Below, piece after piece: positions 61,401 to 64,000 of a stretch of 64,000 bases of DNA. The DNA is taken from contig JAYWIR010000021.1 in assembly GCA_036172245.1 (NCBI GenBank), forward strand, positions 62,001 to 126,000. The letters run 5' to 3'. The translations under genes and the position numbers were made by a program. How positions within the stretch are numbered: position 1 is the first letter of the stretch; each line of letters begins with the position of its first letter. The stretch is from Raillietiella orientalis. Taxonomy: Eukaryota. Under the pieces are notes generated by a model. It was not told the DNA's origin. It was given only the letters and a program-made list of their open reading frames with translations, and made no database searches.

Positions 61401-64000
61401 CCAGCAGTCAACCCGCCCCTTCCCTTTCTTCCATGACGAACGGAGGAGCGGATGCTTTTGCAAACACCCTGCAGCCGCGTGCTTCACTTTCACGGGATGA
61501 CCAGCACGGACGTCCAGATGGATTACGGCTGCAGCGCCGGCCAGAATCTTTCAACTGCTGCCTTCCCTCGGAGGCACGACCAGTCTTCTTGAGAATCCCT
61601 GAATCTCTTCGTATGCCGATCGAGTCCACTGCAGAGTCAGGGATGGCACCTGAAATAGGAGTGCAGCAGTTGAAACGATAGGAGTCGACCACCACGCGGT
61701 GCTTCCAGTTGTCCACAGTGGGATCCATCTGTGGAGCACCGCGGGGAAAGCAGCCTTGAGGAGTCAGAAGGAAATTGAGTTGCAGTTGTACGAACACACG
61801 CACACACAGCAAGCCCAAGGGCTTGAAGCGCGAAAGACCAGTTGCAGTGTCCTGCTATTGGCCAACAGCGGAAACCCTCGTCCGTCAGAAGGAAAATGCA
61901 ACAGGAAGGATTCGGTTCCCTTTCCTTTTCACGCAGCCCTCATCTTCAATGAGAGCATGGGATCTGTCAGCGTATTTGTTGCCTCTATCTCCGCATATTT
62001 CTTCATCATGAATTTACGGTGTGGTGCGCGGAGTTGATTTTTCTTTCTTTTCCTGTCTTCTTTTGAATTCTGAGGCTTCTATCGTGAACAGCTTCCTGCT
62101 TCTTAGTAAACGAAGGCATCCACGGAAATGCCAATTGAGTCCTTCGTAGTTTGAAGGAACTCGGAACGAGCTGCTGGTATCCGATGTTCAAAATGCGTCC
62201 CGAAAACGCAGTCGACCTCCATTCTTGGCTGCCGAAGAACGTCTCCATGGGTTTCATCAAGTGAGAGCCGTGATTTTAACGATGCTGTTTGGCCGTGCTT
62301 TGAACTCAGACAGACAAGAGAAGGGTGGAGGGGTCTCCCCTCCACCCCCCCAAAAAAAAAAATCAGAGTATTTTTCCTGATGACAGTCTGCATGCAGGCA
62401 ACCTCTCTGTGTCGAGGACTTTCGACTCAAAGGTATTTCTTTCCACAGGGAGTATTTTGGAATTCTGTCCGAAGAAGAGTCTGTGCTTCCTTGAAAGCCC
62501 GTATATGGGAAAGTTCGGCGCATATGAGAACCATCAATCTGGAAGCATGTTGCACCCCCCCGGGGCACGGTATGATTGGTGTCCAACGTTTGTGATTTCG
62601 AGCGCGACTGCTTTCCACTGAGGACGGGAAGCAGCATCCAATGCAAGAATGGAGCCAACTTCAAGTTTCGAGCTTCTGTGATTGGTCATCTCCTGAGAAA
62701 GAAAGAAAATTCATCCTTCAGAGATGGATCCAGCAAAAACGAACACGTCCGGCTATCCTTGCAGGTGAGCGATAATTTCATTCCTCTACCACTCCCGTGT
62801 GGAAACAAGCGAAGAAGATACCGAGATGTTCGAGGGAGACGGGAAGGAGGCTGAGAGATTTCGAAATCTCAAAGCAAACAAATTATGACAACGGTGGGAA
62901 AGAGCGAGGCTGATGGGAGAATCGAACCGGTGACGGCGACATGGAAACAGACGTGCATGGCAACCCAACGCGGGTGAAGCAGCACAACTGCAAAGGCCGA
63001 AGGAAACAAGGTTGCCTTCCCCGTTTCATCTCCTCCATGGCTTCCTCCCACACGAGGACAGCGGCGTCGACGCTACATTGAGCGTCGACCACTCCGTTAA
63101 GTGATCTTTCACACTGTACCAGGATGAACTTTCGCGAGCATCCTGTCTGCTCGCCATCTCCGGTTGACTTCCAGTGCCGAACTTTTTCGTGAAAACACGA
63201 GCTTTCCGAAAGCAGGACCTCGCTGCGTTTGAGTGGGCAGTTGATGAAGACATCCTCTTGGGACAGAGGATCCCAGGTGGTTGGGATATTTCAGGGAAGC
63301 AGCGATCCACCAGTCCAGATAAGATGATTGCTCGGGACGGTGGAGGTTCCTGAGATTATTGCGAGGCGCTGTCGCGAGTTCTCTCCGATCGGTTCTTTAT
63401 CTTGTCATGTTCACAAATAGAGGAGCAAATTAATAGCCTTTTTGTTCTCAAATCCGAGCGTCGACTTTATCACTGTCGGAGATAAACACGATCAGTCCTG
63501 ATAGTGTGGTTGAGCCAGTGGAGCAGACGGAAAGAGTTGACGTATGCGATGCAAAGTGGAGTGAGCGACCGCATCGCCTCCAGGCGGAGTGCTTCCCTTC
63601 CTGATAGAGGCGGTTTGATCCAGTTCGGTTCGAGTGGGGTGCCTCTCTGCCCGTCCTTCCTGCTTTCCGCCTTCAGGACGTTTTCTCTTGAGCGTCCGCA
63701 GCAGTGAGGGATGCTTCCACGCGTTTCCTGCACCGAATGGCCGGTCACTTTCCTCCCGTTCTTCCCGCTCCGTGAAAGTTCGCAAGCAAAGAAGCGGGAG
63801 AAATGGCACCTAGGAAAGCGGAGGAATCGATGCGGTGGACTTGGAAGACGTGCTCCACGGACAGCGTCTCCCGAAAGGCTCCGAGCTGCGGCCTGCTCCC
63901 GTTTTTCCTCCGGTGCGACGTCCGTTTGCGAACTTCGTGATCCCATGCACAACTCGCCACGCAACTTGGAAGGCATCCTACCTCAGATGTTAAAGACGGC

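Noticed and set aside
1..64000. CRISPR arrays, operons or other prokaryotic systems
   Set aside because: No regular repeat-spacer array or bacterial gene organisation; the sequence is intron-containing eukaryotic DNA.

Overview
Eukaryotic genomic DNA, probably arthropod: GT-AG introns, a TCAGT initiator, a Utopia/NeSL-type retroelement and an invertebrate-type insulin-like peptide. Most ORFs in the six-frame track are spurious, and the real genes are spliced. Manual splicing gives five main things. (1) Three + strand genes (2.3-5.1 kb, 21.7-23.1 kb, 36.0-37.7 kb) share one 4-exon, phase 1-2-2 plan and encode unrecognised secreted, apparently alpha-helical proteins of about 145-190 aa. Genes A and C align without gaps over exons 3-4. 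(2) A complete insulin-like peptide gene lies on the - strand (43.6-45.6 kb), with a forkhead/E-box motif cluster upstream. (3) An AT-rich island (about 25-29.5 kb) looks like a non-coding snoRNA host gene, with at least one good box C/D candidate. (4) There are five copies of a long tRNA-headed SINE whose body is a variable array of bulged GC hairpins. (5) A decayed Utopia/NeSL-like RLE retrotransposon is split by one SINE copy, and there are other heavily degraded LINE traces. All gene models are hand-built and unverified by expression data or database search.
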